A stretch of 64,000 nucleotides of DNA from an uncultured bacterium (GCA_963777505.1 CAVZQN010000008.1:192001-256000); one strand, 5' to 3'. Positions 38,828 through 49,094 are shown, counted from the first letter of the stretch. Notes: generated by a model not told the origin, from the sequence alone. Translations and numbers: made by a program.

Positions 38828-38901
38828 CGACGAATCCTCCTTGATTCTATTGCCCGTGGATCAGATATACTGCAGAAAATTCGGGTCTAAATTAAACCAG
38901 A

Positions 38902-38929
38902 ATTCTATCAGAAGAGCATCAATTGTCAA
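38902..38929 (-). promoter_or_regulatory. sigma70 promoter of the BMC shell operon
   Basis: TTGACA-N16-TAGAAT. Confidence 0.55.
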
Positions 38930-38999
38930 CGAAACCGGTATAACCACGAAGCTCAGGAACTCACGAAGAAGGATCAAGGTCACGTGATAAAATTGGCAC

Positions 39000-39479
39000 A
39001 TGCCTATCAGCATTCCACGACTCTACATTTCTTTACGGAGCAATATAAGCGATTCGAAATTGAAGGACAAAACATTGAAACTTCTCGAATTGTTTCACAA
39101 CCGGGTCGAATCAACTTCAGAAGAGGCAATGTTGAAAAAGCCAGTTTCTGAAAAATGGAGTGCTATGGAAGTAGCTTTTCACGCAGTCAATACAGCCAAA
39201 GGAATTCTGCGGCTTTGTGAAAGCCTGCGTGCGAAACAAAATGTTCCGGATTCCGGTCGATCTTCAGCCGGACGCACGCGAGAAGTGAGTCGTGCTGATT
39301 TGCTTACACTCATTAAACGAGTATCGGAGATGACAACCAGTTTCGATTTCAAATCAGTAAAAACGGCAACAAGTGCTCATCCATTTCTGGGACAATGCGA
39401 TTTCCACAAATGGCTTGTAATCAATATGGTCCATCTTGAAAGGCATTATCGGCAGCTTAATCGCGCACTTGAAAATTAA
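39000..39479 (+). CDS. DinB_2-like protein
   Basis: KWSAMEVAFH, HPFLG, HLERHYRQL. Confidence 0.8.
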   Translation: MPISIPRLYISLRSNISDSKLKDKTLKLLELFHNRVESTSEEAMLKKPVSEKWSAMEVAFHAVNTAKGILRLCESLRAKQNVPDSGRSSAGRTREVSRADLLTLIKRVSEMTTSFDFKSVKTATSAHPFLGQCDFHKWLVINMVHLERHYRQLNRALEN

Positions 39480-39481
39480 AT

Positions 39482-40168
39482 ATGCCGCCGCGTAGATTGA
39501 CACTCAAACAGCTTCCTGAAACCGAACGGCCTAGAGAACGCCTGATTCAAGAAGGCGCAAACAGTTTGACTGATGCAGAACTTCTCGCAATTGTGTTGGG
39601 TTCAGGGAGTCCATCTGAAAGTGCATTACAACTCGCACAGCGACTTATTAAAGAATGCGGAGAGTTGGATAAGTTAGCACGGATGAGTGTCATTGAACTC
39701 TGCAACTTTCATGGAATCGGCCAGGCTAAAGCAGCACAACTAAAAGCAAGTTTGGAACTTGCTAGAAGACTTCAAGCAACAAATAATCCCGGAGAACAAT
39801 TCAGTAACAGCGAGGCTGTTTACCGAAAGTTCCGTTTAGAATTAGGATCGCAAACCCAGGAAGAATTTTGGTCCGTATCTCTGAATGCAAAAAATAAATT
39901 TCTTGCGCGCCACTTTATCAGCCGCGGGACTCTGACTTCAAGTCTTGTACATCCGCGAGAAGTCTTTGAAAAAGCGATTCGAGATTCTGCAGCTGCCATC
40001 ATTGTTGTCCATAATCATCCTTCCGGAGATTCTGATCCAAGTCCTGAAGATCGGAAAATTACATCAATTCTCGCTGAAGGCGGACGTCTGCTTGGAATTC
40101 CTTTACTGGATCATGTAATCGTAGCCAGTAAAAAGTATTTCAGTTTTAAGGATTCAGGATTGTTGTAA
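39482..40168 (+). CDS. radC: RadC/UPF0758 JAB-domain protein
   Basis: ERPRERL, ELLAI, GIGQAKA, VHPREVF, HNHPSGD, LLDHVI. Confidence 0.95.
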   Translation: MPPRRLTLKQLPETERPRERLIQEGANSLTDAELLAIVLGSGSPSESALQLAQRLIKECGELDKLARMSVIELCNFHGIGQAKAAQLKASLELARRLQATNNPGEQFSNSEAVYRKFRLELGSQTQEEFWSVSLNAKNKFLARHFISRGTLTSSLVHPREVFEKAIRDSAAAIIVVHNHPSGDSDPSPEDRKITSILAEGGRLLGIPLLDHVIVASKKYFSFKDSGLL

Positions 40169-40170
40169 GG

Positions 40171-40575
40171 CTATTCTGATTTTTCAGGTCTGTAGCCAAG
40201 AATTTGCGCAATTTGAAGAAGGTCCTTCCTTAACGTTTCCCATTTTTCGTAAAGTTCTGGAGCTGACTCTTTTGTTAATGTGGAAGATACCTGCGACGCC
40301 TGATAGTGCAAACGATCAAATGCGCTGCGTGCTTCAAGAGAGTTTGCGCCAAATCTGCGGCATGCATTATGGAATCGGGAAGCACGTTCCGCAAATTCCG
40401 CTAATGGATCATCAAATGGAGGCGGAGCGTCATCTTGAAACTGATCTGCATCGTTTTCGAGCTTTTGAGCAAAGTCCGCTACACGTACCTCTTCAGGCGA
40501 CATCGGATTTCCGGTGGATTTGTAACCACTACATGCCGCCATAGAGATAAGAAAAAGTAACAGCAGTTTTTTCAT
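40171..40575 (-). CDS. hypothetical helical lipoprotein
   Basis: MKKLLLLFLISMAAC lipobox-like signal. Confidence 0.7.
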   Translation of the reverse strand: MKKLLLLFLISMAACSGYKSTGNPMSPEEVRVADFAQKLENDADQFQDDAPPPFDDPLAEFAERASRFHNACRRFGANSLEARSAFDRLHYQASQVSSTLTKESAPELYEKWETLRKDLLQIAQILGYRPEKSE

Positions 40576-40625
40576 GGAAAGATCCTTGGGTTATTAAAAT
40601 AGCAAAGACAATCCACGAACCAGGA

Positions 40626-41375
40626 TTACCGGTTCTTTAGATGCCATTGGTTGGCCGCGCTGATGAACTCCTGAAATAACGCAGCCTGAGGCGGAGATTC
40701 ACGCCACATCCTCTCCGGGTGCCATTGAACTCCCATCAGGAATTGACCACCATTCCTATTTTCATACGATTCGATTACACCATCCGGTGAATACGAAGTC
40801 GGACGTAAATTTGGCGCAATCGTTTTTACACCCTGATGATGAATACTGTTCACTTCAATTTCAGGTTTTCCAAAAATTCGATAAACGATTGAACCCTCTT
40901 CGACTTTTACAGTATGTGCAGGCGTAGAATATGGCTCCCCCTGCCAATGAGTCACTGTACTGTTCAGCTCATGAGGAATGTCTTGATACAGTGAACCGCC
41001 ATTAAAAACGTTTAAAGACTGATGCCCAAAGCAGATTCCAAACACAGGCATTTTCTTTTCTGCTGCTTTTTCCAAAAGATAAAAATCGGATTCATCTCGT
41101 TCGGGACCACTCTCTCCGTAATAAGGCGACACATCGGATCCATAATATTTTGGATCTACATCCGTAAGACTTCCTGGCAGCAGAATTCCATCTGCTAAAT
41201 CGATCACGCGTGATGCATAATCACGATCCGCCATCAAAGGAAGACCTACTGGAACGCCTCCTGCATTTTTGATTGCTTCGAGATAGCCTCTCCGAATATA
41301 AAACATGTCATCTGTACTACGCGTACAAAGATTGATCACAATAATTGGTTTGTATTGATTCATATCCCCCTTCAT
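40626..41375 (-). CDS. peptidase C26 / gamma-glutamyl-gamma-aminobutyrate hydrolase family
   Basis: DVDPKYYG, GICFGHQ, VNSIHHQ, GVQWHPE. Confidence 0.9.
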   Translation of the reverse strand: MKGDMNQYKPIIVINLCTRSTDDMFYIRRGYLEAIKNAGGVPVGLPLMADRDYASRVIDLADGILLPGSLTDVDPKYYGSDVSPYYGESGPERDESDFYLLEKAAEKKMPVFGICFGHQSLNVFNGGSLYQDIPHELNSTVTHWQGEPYSTPAHTVKVEEGSIVYRIFGKPEIEVNSIHHQGVKTIAPNLRPTSYSPDGVIESYENRNGGQFLMGVQWHPERMWRESPPQAALFQEFISAANQWHLKNR

Positions 41376-42004
41376 CTCCCCGGCGTTTCACCCCATAGTG
41401 CCTTGTGTAATTGAATTTGAAAACGGACAGGAAGTTTGTCCACTAAAATCCATTCCGCAAGTTGGTCCGCCGGCATCTTTTGATAAACCGGTGAAAATAA
41501 TATCAGATTTTTCTGATCCAGTTGATACTTGTTCATAATTTCTTTCGACCATTCATAGTCCCTGCGACTATTGATCACAAACTTAATTTCGTCTTTTGGA
41601 CCCAGGTATTTCAAGTTTTCCCAGTTCATATGCTCGGTCATGCCACTATCAGGACACTTTATGTCGAGGATCTTTATGACCTCTGACGGGAGCGAACTCA
41701 CGTCGATGGCTCCACCTGTCTCAATCAAAACCGTATGCCCTTTTTCGAGCAGCTTTGAAGAAAGCTGCAGAATCTCCTCTTGCATCATAGGCTCGCCGCC
41801 AGTAATTTCAACGAGGTTGCAGCCATGTGGTTCAATTTCAGCCAGAATCTCGTCAATTGTCATGCTTCTACCGCCGTAAAATGCATATTGGGTGTCGCAC
41901 CAGACACATCTTAAATTGCAGCCAGTCGTTCGGATAAAACTACAAGGTAGACCTGCAAACGAAGATTCCCCTTGAATAGATTTAAATATTTCAGTAATGA
42001 CCAT
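41372..42004 (-). CDS. queE: 7-carboxy-7-deazaguanine synthase (radical SAM)
   Basis: EIFKSIQGE, GCNLRCVWCDT, TGGEP, QLHK. Confidence 0.92.
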   Translation of the reverse strand: MVITEIFKSIQGESSFAGLPCSFIRTTGCNLRCVWCDTQYAFYGGRSMTIDEILAEIEPHGCNLVEITGGEPMMQEEILQLSSKLLEKGHTVLIETGGAIDVSSLPSEVIKILDIKCPDSGMTEHMNWENLKYLGPKDEIKFVINSRRDYEWSKEIMNKYQLDQKNLILFSPVYQKMPADQLAEWILVDKLPVRFQIQLHKALWGETPGR

Positions 42005-43960
42005 TTAAGTGCCCTGATGATATTGTATGAACTTTTCACGCAATTGTTCAAAAGCATCCTTAAGGTCATCGATTTTGTGTATGACCGGCATTTGCGGCAA
42101 ATTCCGCAAAAAAACCTCGCCGTAATTCTTTGTAACTAATCGTTTATCCAAAACAGCAAGAAATCCGTAATCGACACTCGTGCGAATCAATCTGCCTATC
42201 CCCTGCTTTAACATCATTACGGCCGCAGGAAGTTGATATTCTGAGAATGGATTTTTTGATCTCTTCTTTAGATACTGGATTTTTGCTTCAATCAAAGGAT
42301 CGCTCGGCACGGCAAAAGGGAGCTTATCGATAATTACAGAAACCAATGCATCGCCTTGAACATCAATTCCTTGCCAGAAACTCAATGTTGCAAGCAGCAC
42401 AGATCCTTTGTTACGCATGAAACTTTTTAACAAAGCCTGTTTAGAACGGCTTCCTTGTACAAGCAGCGGATAATCCAGTTTTCTTAACTCTTTTTCATAG
42501 ATACGCATGTTTCCATAACTGGTACACAGCACAAAAGCACCACCCTCTGTGATCTGAACCAGTTCAGAAATTTCTTCCGCGGCTTCTTCAGCAAAGTTAG
42601 GATGAGTGGGATCGGAAATGTGTTTTGGGACATACATACAAGCTTGAGCAGCATAATCAAAATTGTATGGAAAGCAATGCTCCAGAGGTGCTTCGAGGCC
42701 AAGTTCTTCTTTGACCGGTTCGCAATTTTGATCAACAAAGAGAGTTGCAGAAGTGAGAATCGCCGAATGAAGTTTTGGCCATAAATTTTCGGCGAGTAAG
42801 CCTGAAACATCCAATGGCGATGCTTGTAGCGTCCATTGCCGTACGTCGTTTCTTTCTGCCCAGTAGACATATGCATCGTCATCGCCCTGCAGCAAGAAAG
42901 CGAGTGACGACTGGGATGCCGCAAGGCGGCGATAAATCTGAGGCATGTCTTCCGTTTTTTCGACATGCCGTGATAACTCCTCGAGTAAGCTGATGTAAAT
43001 CCGGTCGATTGCAATTTGATGATCGGCTACTATTTTTGTAATACTGTGCTTGTCGTAGCGCACCTTCTGCGGAAGAGGAGTAAACTTCGCAAACAATGAG
43101 TTGACGCTTTCACCAAGCTTTCTGGCGCGTTCCTGAACAGGGCCCGTTTCTATTTTTTCCCGGAGCCTGAGGATCTTCAGCTCCTTACTTAAATCTTCAT
43201 AGAGCTCTGCAAAATTACGTTCGGAAAAAATGATCGATAGATTATGCGTAGCAACATCGGCCAATTGATGTGCTTCATCAAAGACGACAATGTCGTACGG
43301 TGGAAAAATGGATGTGCTATTCAAGATTTGCAGTGATAGATCGGCGAAAAACAGATGATGATTTACTACAATGATCCGCGCTTCTTCAGCGCGCTGTTTT
43401 AAACGAAAGATAAAACAAGGATTAAAAAAGCGGCACTTTGCACCAATACAGGCATCAGAAGAAATCGTCAATTGTTTCCAAACAGAGGCATTCTCCGGAA
43501 TTCCGGATTCTGCAAGATCACCGGACTCAGTTTCAGAAGCCCATTGCTGTATCTGTTGAAAATGCTCAACACTTTCTTCATCGGGCAATAACGGTTCATT
43601 TTGCACACGCTCTTGCTTTAAAAGGCAAAGATAATTCATCCGGCCTTTCATCAAAACGTAATCAAACTCCATCCCAAGTTTTTCGTGAAGTAAAGGAATG
43701 TCTTTAAAAACGAGTTGTTCCTGCAACGCCTTTGTACCCGTGGAAATCAGGACGCGGCGTCCGGCTTGAAGCGCCGGAATCAAATAAGCAAGCGTCTTCC
43801 CTGTACCCGTTTGTGCTTCTAGCAAAGCGATGCGCTTTGTAGAGAGCGCTTCCTGAACGGCTTGAGCATATTGGATTTGGGAAGGACGATATTCAAAGTA
43901 AGGAAGGATTTTTGAAAGAGGGCCCTTCTCACCAAATATATTTTCCAGATCCAAAATCAT
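42005..43960 (-). CDS. DinG/YoaA family Fe-S ATP-dependent DNA helicase
   Basis: EAQTGTGKT, KGRMNYLC, Cys cluster ligands, DEAH, TSATL, QGIGRLIR. Confidence 0.92.
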   Translation of the reverse strand: MILDLENIFGEKGPLSKILPYFEYRPSQIQYAQAVQEALSTKRIALLEAQTGTGKTLAYLIPALQAGRRVLISTGTKALQEQLVFKDIPLLHEKLGMEFDYVLMKGRMNYLCLLKQERVQNEPLLPDEESVEHFQQIQQWASETESGDLAESGIPENASVWKQLTISSDACIGAKCRFFNPCFIFRLKQRAEEARIIVVNHHLFFADLSLQILNSTSIFPPYDIVVFDEAHQLADVATHNLSIIFSERNFAELYEDLSKELKILRLREKIETGPVQERARKLGESVNSLFAKFTPLPQKVRYDKHSITKIVADHQIAIDRIYISLLEELSRHVEKTEDMPQIYRRLAASQSSLAFLLQGDDDAYVYWAERNDVRQWTLQASPLDVSGLLAENLWPKLHSAILTSATLFVDQNCEPVKEELGLEAPLEHCFPYNFDYAAQACMYVPKHISDPTHPNFAEEAAEEISELVQITEGGAFVLCTSYGNMRIYEKELRKLDYPLLVQGSRSKQALLKSFMRNKGSVLLATLSFWQGIDVQGDALVSVIIDKLPFAVPSDPLIEAKIQYLKKRSKNPFSEYQLPAAVMMLKQGIGRLIRTSVDYGFLAVLDKRLVTKNYGEVFLRNLPQMPVIHKIDDLKDAFEQLREKFIQYHQGT

Positions 43961-43987
43961 TTAAGACAACCGCAGAATTTCAAAATG

Positions 43988-44036
43988 GTAGGGGCCGATC
44001 TTGTGCCGGCCCGGGCTGCCACAAGGGCAGCCCCTA
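43988..44036. repeat. GTAG-type REP doublet
   Basis: GTAGGGGCCGATCTTGTGCCGGCCC-GGGCTGCCACAAGGGCAGCCCCTAC at the glyA stop. Confidence 0.7.
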
Positions 44037-45281
44037 CTTAAGACGCGATGCATATAGCGGAAAATCGGAACAAAGTTTGTGAACCTGATTTCTGATCTCA
44101 GTTTTTCGCGATTCGTTATCCTTATTTTTTAAAGCATCCGCAATCAACCTGCCAATCGTTTGCATCTGTTCACTTCCCATTCCTCGAGTTGTAATCGCAG
44201 GAGTTCCAATACGGATCCCGCTGGAAACCATTGGACTCTTCGTATCGAACGGGATTGTATTTTTGTTTACTGTAATATCGACTTCACCTAAAATTTTTTC
44301 GGCTTCTTTGCCGGTTAAATCCACAACTGTCAGATCGAGAAGAAACATATGATTGTCAGTTCCGCCTGTAACGATTCGCAACCCTTCTTCCGTTAATGAC
44401 GCTGCCAACTTTGATGCATTTTTAACGATGTTTTGCTGATATGTCTTGAAAGCAGGCTGCAATGCTTCTTGAAATGCGACAGCTTTTGCTGCAATCACAT
44501 GGACAAGTGGTCCGCCTTGATTGCCAGGAAATAAGAGCTTATCAATATTTTTTGCATAACTCTCTTTGGACATGATCATTCCACCGCGCGGACCACGCAA
44601 AGTTTTATGTGTCGTAGTTGTAACGACCTCAGCATGAGGTACCGGAGAAGGATGAAGATTGGCCGCCACCAACCCAGCAACATGAGCAATATCAGCGAAA
44701 AGCACCGCTCCAACTTCTTGTGCAATCTTACTGAACCTTTCAAAATCAATTGTTCGTGAATAAGCGCTTGCACCTGTCATAATGACTTTTGGATGATGTT
44801 CGCGCGCTACACGTTCGACTTGATCAAAATCGATCCGCTCGGTTTCTCGATCGACTCCGTAGCTAACAACCTTGAACATGAGTCCCGAAAAATTCAATGG
44901 ATGTCCGTGCGATAAATGTCCGCCCTGACTTAATTCCATTCCCATCAACGTATCGCCAGGTTTCATCACGCTCATATATGCCGCGATGTTTGCTTGTGTT
45001 CCTGAATGCGGTTGAACATTCGCATGATCGGCTCCAAAAATTTGCTTCGCCCGATCGATGGCTAATTGTTCGACAACATCAACAACCTGGCAGCCTCCAT
45101 AGTAACGGCGGCCCGGATAACCTTCAGCATATTTATTTGTAAAAACGGAGCCAAGCGCTTCAAGCACAGCCTCACTGACAAAGTTTTCGGATGCAATTAA
45201 CTCAAGTCCGCCAGCCTGTCTTTGAGTTTCATTTCGAATCGCTTCGGCAATTTGGGGATCAACTTTTGATAGAAATTCCAT
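44034..45281 (-). CDS. glyA: serine hydroxymethyltransferase
   Basis: [37 protein letters not shown]. Confidence 0.98.
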   Translation of the reverse strand: MEFLSKVDPQIAEAIRNETQRQAGGLELIASENFVSEAVLEALGSVFTNKYAEGYPGRRYYGGCQVVDVVEQLAIDRAKQIFGADHANVQPHSGTQANIAAYMSVMKPGDTLMGMELSQGGHLSHGHPLNFSGLMFKVVSYGVDRETERIDFDQVERVAREHHPKVIMTGASAYSRTIDFERFSKIAQEVGAVLFADIAHVAGLVAANLHPSPVPHAEVVTTTTHKTLRGPRGGMIMSKESYAKNIDKLLFPGNQGGPLVHVIAAKAVAFQEALQPAFKTYQQNIVKNASKLAASLTEEGLRIVTGGTDNHMFLLDLTVVDLTGKEAEKILGEVDITVNKNTIPFDTKSPMVSSGIRIGTPAITTRGMGSEQMQTIGRLIADALKNKDNESRKTEIRNQVHKLCSDFPLYASRLK

Positions 45282-45321
45282 ATTCGTATCCTTTTTTATT
45301 CAACCGCAGAGACGTAAAGTG

Positions 45322-45759
45322 TTAAGGAGTTTCAAATGTACTGATTTTATCGATCCGCCGTTTGTGACGGCCACCCTGAAATTCGGTCTGAAGCCAGGTT
45401 TTTACAATTCTTTCTACTTCATCAGAGTCTTCTAAAATCCGGCCACCCATGACCAATATATTTGAATCGTTATGTTCCCGGCTCATTTGTGCCGTATAGA
45501 TATCATTGCAAATTGCAGCCCGAATTCCTTTAAATTTGTTTGCCGCTATCGACATACCGATCCCTGTTCCGCAACACAGTATTCCGAGAGACCCATTTTG
45601 CACAGCTTCTGCAACTTTACGCGCAAAATCTGGATAATCGACAGAATCTGTATCTTCAGGCCCAAGATCATCATATATAACTTGCAAAGAATCGAGAGCC
45701 TTCTTAATTTGATTTTTCAAATGAAAACCGGCATGATCGCTCGCGATAGCGATTTTCAT
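45322..45759 (-). CDS. rpiB: ribose-5-phosphate isomerase B
   Basis: SDHAG, DYPD, CGTGIG, ANK, REHNDSN, GGRH. Confidence 0.96.
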   Translation of the reverse strand: MKIAIASDHAGFHLKNQIKKALDSLQVIYDDLGPEDTDSVDYPDFARKVAEAVQNGSLGILCCGTGIGMSIAANKFKGIRAAICNDIYTAQMSREHNDSNILVMGGRILEDSDEVERIVKTWLQTEFQGGRHKRRIDKISTFETP

Positions 45760-45860
45760 CAGTCAGCTTTACCCATCACTTCCCTGTGATATCTTAAAAC
45801 ATCTTACAATAAGAGTTAACTCAACCGCAAAGACTCAAAAGGTTAACTACTGGAGTTGTT

Positions 45861-46298
45861 ATGATTGAAAAATTTCAAGAACAGCTAAAAGTATCAATGA
45901 AACAGCGCGATGAGCTGAAAACAAGCGTTTTACGGATGCTGATTTCCGAATTCAAATATGCTCAAATCGAGAAAAAAGGAACGCTCGATGAGGCAGAATC
46001 AATCCAGGTCATTCAAAAAGCAATAAAAAAACGGAAGGAAGCTGCGGAGCTTTATGAAAAAGGAGGCCGGGCAGAACTTGCTGCAAAAGAAAACGCAGAA
46101 GCAAAAATTTTGGAGACTTTTGCACCAGCTCAGATGGATGAAACTGCCGCCAGACAGAAAGTGACGGAAGTTATTCAGGAACTCGGAGCAAAGGATAAAA
46201 AAGATCTGGGCCGGGTCATGAAAGAAGTTCTGAACAGATATCGGGGTCAATTGGACGGAAAATTAGCACAAAAGTTGGTGAATGAATTGCTTCCGTAA
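45861..46298 (+). CDS. GatB/YqeY domain protein
   Basis: LRML, IKKRKEA...YEKGGR.EL, DLGRVMK, DGK. Confidence 0.92.
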   Translation: MIEKFQEQLKVSMKQRDELKTSVLRMLISEFKYAQIEKKGTLDEAESIQVIQKAIKKRKEAAELYEKGGRAELAAKENAEAKILETFAPAQMDETAARQKVTEVIQELGAKDKKDLGRVMKEVLNRYRGQLDGKLAQKLVNELLP

Positions 46299-46349
46299 AG
46301 ACACGATGAGCGATCAGACGGGGTGGTAAAGATAAGAGAGGTGAAGTGA

Positions 46350-46808
46350 CTACGTTTCGAGCCCTATCACCTGCAGCCGAATTTCACGTTCGCGAGGACC
46401 ATCCAATTCAGCAAAAATGATACTTTGCCACTCCCCTAACGCTGGCTCGCCATCCTGAACCATTACAGTTGAGGAATGACCCAGCAAAATGGCACGAAGA
46501 TGGGATCCTGCATTATGGCGTTCACAATCCGAATGTTCCGGCGAATTGTGTTTCCACGCCTTATCCTCACGGACCCAATCATTCAGTATCGTCTTAATAT
46601 CGTCGAGCAACGCGGACTGAACTTCGTTTACGAAGAGAGCCGTTGTCGTATGTAAGGAGGAAATCATCAGGATTCCGTCTTTAATCTTGCTAGCTTTTAC
46701 GAAATCCTTCACCTTCTGAGTAATGTTGTAAAGCTCGACTTTCTTGTCGGTCAACAGTTTTAAAGTCTGCCTCTGAATTGCCAATCCTGCTTTCGTGGTC
46801 GTTATCAT
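46350..46808 (-). CDS. YjbQ / UPF0047 family protein
   Basis: HTTTALFVNE, NAGSHL, LGEWQSI..AELDGPR. Confidence 0.9.
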   Translation of the reverse strand: MITTTKAGLAIQRQTLKLLTDKKVELYNITQKVKDFVKASKIKDGILMISSLHTTTALFVNEVQSALLDDIKTILNDWVREDKAWKHNSPEHSDCERHNAGSHLRAILLGHSSTVMVQDGEPALGEWQSIIFAELDGPREREIRLQVIGLET

Positions 46809-46825
46809 GTTGTTTTTTACCTTAA

Positions 46826-46860
46826 TAAAAAAAGCCCCTCGAGAAACTACCCCGAAAGGT
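46826..46860 (-). terminator. terminator-like hairpin between the ATP-grasp pair and yjbQ
   Basis: CCTTTCGGGG-TAGTT-TCTCGAGGGG (G-U rich) followed by CTTTTTTT. Confidence 0.5.
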
Positions 46861-46922
46861 CAAACAGCAATTTTAGTCGGAAGGATAGGGTGAGTCAATC
46901 ATCTGCTCCCTATCTTCGGCAA

Positions 46923-47912
46923 TTACGTTAATTTATATCTATTAAATGCAGACTGCAGGATTTTTGCGATCAGTTCCTCATAATGAACTCCATTATGACG
47001 AGCAATGATCGATAAATCACTGTGTTGTGGGTTCAACCCTGCAAGTGGATTAATCTCAAGAAAATACGGATTCCCTTCTGCATCACACCGGATATCAACC
47101 CTGCCAAAATCTTTGCAATCTAATACACGATAGGAATGAAGCGCGATGTCTTCTATTTGCTGCAATCTATCAGAATCCATTTTAGGTGGACATATATAAT
47201 GAACCAGCGATTCATAGTCCTCTTTCACATGGTACGAATAAAAATCCTCTGATTTTCCTGTGTCAAAAACAATTTGCATCGTACCAATTACTTTTGGAGG
47301 AGTCCCTACAATCCCGACGGTAAATTCTTCGCCCTCTAAATATTCCTCGATCAAAACCGGCTCTTTATACGTTTTGATTAAATATTTAACTTTTGATTTG
47401 AGCTTGGGATAATTATTAATCCTTGAATTTGCGTCAATTCCTTTTCCTGTACCTTCGTGAACGGGCTTCGCGAATAATGGAAAACGCAAAGGAATTCCAG
47501 AACCATTTAGATCTTCCGGCTTCACAACTTTTAAAAATGGGGCTGTCGGAATCCGCTCGGCTTTCATGATCTGTTTTGTCATTACTTTATCGAGCGCTAC
47601 GCCTAGAGTTACCGGATCCGAACCGACATATGGAATTTGTAATAATTCAAGAAGTGCAGGGATTTGTGCTTCACGAGCTCGCCCTGAATAACCTTCAGCA
47701 ATATTAAAAATCAGATCGGCCTTGTTGTTGGATAGCCATGAAAGCAGCTTTTTGCCATCACCAATTAAGATTGGATCGTGACCATAGGCCGAGATCGCAT
47801 TTTGAAGCCCAACGATTGTAGCTTCGGTATCAAATTCTGCAGCGGCATCGGCAGGATCATCCTCGAGATATTCGTAATCCGTACCGAGGTTATATGTGAG
47901 CCCAATTTTCAT
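46923..47912 (-). CDS. D-Ala-D-Ala-ligase-like ATP-grasp protein (non-canonical)
   Basis: AEFD, FNIAEG, REAQIP, KPVHEGTGKGI, GRVDIR, LEINPLAGL. No GGxSxE motif. Confidence 0.88.
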   Translation of the reverse strand: MKIGLTYNLGTDYEYLEDDPADAAAEFDTEATIVGLQNAISAYGHDPILIGDGKKLLSWLSNNKADLIFNIAEGYSGRAREAQIPALLELLQIPYVGSDPVTLGVALDKVMTKQIMKAERIPTAPFLKVVKPEDLNGSGIPLRFPLFAKPVHEGTGKGIDANSRINNYPKLKSKVKYLIKTYKEPVLIEEYLEGEEFTVGIVGTPPKVIGTMQIVFDTGKSEDFYSYHVKEDYESLVHYICPPKMDSDRLQQIEDIALHSYRVLDCKDFGRVDIRCDAEGNPYFLEINPLAGLNPQHSDLSIIARHNGVHYEELIAKILQSAFNRYKLT

Positions 47913-47917
47913 TCGAT

Positions 47918-48949
47918 TTAGGGGACCACGCGTTCTTCGCGGTTGGCTAGCCTCTCCTCGGCGAAAGAAATTAGTAATGCAACCAGATCAGCATAGGTAC
48001 GCCCATTGAGTGAAAATGCTTTGAAGAATCCTGCATTTGGAGAAACATCTGGATTGCAATTGACTTCCAAAATATATGGCACACCTTTTTGATCGACTCT
48101 CATATCAACCCGCGCATAATCTCTACATTGAAAAAGTTCATACGCACGGATTGCAGCAGTGGTGATGTTTTGTCTGAGCTTTGCAGGAAGCTCAGGAAAA
48201 TACCGCTTCGTTCCGCGATCAAAGACTGAACCATAGTGCCATTTAGCTTCATAAGAACAGATTTTCGCGTGACCTTCAGGAAGTCCTTCGAAATCTATTT
48301 CTGCAATTGGTAAAACTTCAGGTGGATTTCCGATTAACCCAACATTGAACTCGCGGCCATCAATGAATTGTTCAACAATCGAAGGCTGTTTTAATACTTC
48401 ACGGATGTATTCAATCTTCTGATTCAACTTTTCCAGATCATGCACAACAGAATCGTAATGAATTCCAATGCTGGCATCTTCATGTTGCGGTTTTACAATC
48501 AATGGAAAATCAACATTGGTTTTTTCCATGACTTGATCCGTAACAAAGAAGGAAGGCGTTTTCAGACCTGCACCTTTCAGCAAATGTTTTGAGCGGTCTT
48601 TATAGCAGGTTAAACCGAGCGCAAGTGGCCCTGAGCCTGTGTATTCAACTCCAATGAGCTCAAGCAGCGCAGGGATATTGGGTTCCTTTAAATTGTTCCC
48701 GCTAATGTCTTCACATAGATTAATTGCGATTTGATACTTTTCTTGAATCAACGACATGATCATGTCGCATGCATTTTCTTTATCTACGCGCAAAATTTTG
48801 TACGGACGTTTTAATTCGCGTAAAGAACAAATAAAAGCATCTAAACTATCTTGAACCTGGGATTCTGTTCTATCTACTGGTGTGCCTTCTAAAAGATATG
48901 GATCATTGTAAACGATCGCGATTGGCGGGGAATGTCGATTGCTTCTCAT
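47918..48949 (-). CDS. D-Ala-D-Ala-ligase-like ATP-grasp protein (non-canonical)
   Basis: NLCE, YTGS, KPQHEDASIGI, GREFNV, YEAKW, DYARVDMR, LEVNCNP. Confidence 0.88.
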   Translation of the reverse strand: MRSNRHSPPIAIVYNDPYLLEGTPVDRTESQVQDSLDAFICSLRELKRPYKILRVDKENACDMIMSLIQEKYQIAINLCEDISGNNLKEPNIPALLELIGVEYTGSGPLALGLTCYKDRSKHLLKGAGLKTPSFFVTDQVMEKTNVDFPLIVKPQHEDASIGIHYDSVVHDLEKLNQKIEYIREVLKQPSIVEQFIDGREFNVGLIGNPPEVLPIAEIDFEGLPEGHAKICSYEAKWHYGSVFDRGTKRYFPELPAKLRQNITTAAIRAYELFQCRDYARVDMRVDQKGVPYILEVNCNPDVSPNAGFFKAFSLNGRTYADLVALLISFAEERLANREERVVP

Positions 48950-48956
48950 ATTTTTA

Positions 48957-49094
48957 TCAGTTCGGTTCCGGAGGGATTTTTATTGGGATGAAATATCCGG
49001 AGGCAAGCGGAGCGTGTACAACACGTCCGTTACAATTGATGTTTATACTGTCATTCAGAAAGTAAATTTCTCCGGCTTCCTCACGAGTTCGCAT
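48957..49094 (-). CDS. possible 45-aa leader ORF
   Basis: MRTREEAGEIYFLNDSININCNGRVVHAPLASGYFIPIKIPPEPN*, ending 7 nt before the ATP-grasp ATG. Extended -10 TGTTATAAT at 49126-49134, no clear RBS. Confidence 0.3.
   Translation of the reverse strand: MRTREEAGEIYFLNDSININCNGRVVHAPLASGYFIPIKIPPEPN

Noticed and set aside
39482-40168. radC as a mobile-element marker
   Set aside because: It is the full-length chromosomal type with the N-terminal HhH region, and there is no integrase or conjugation gene nearby.
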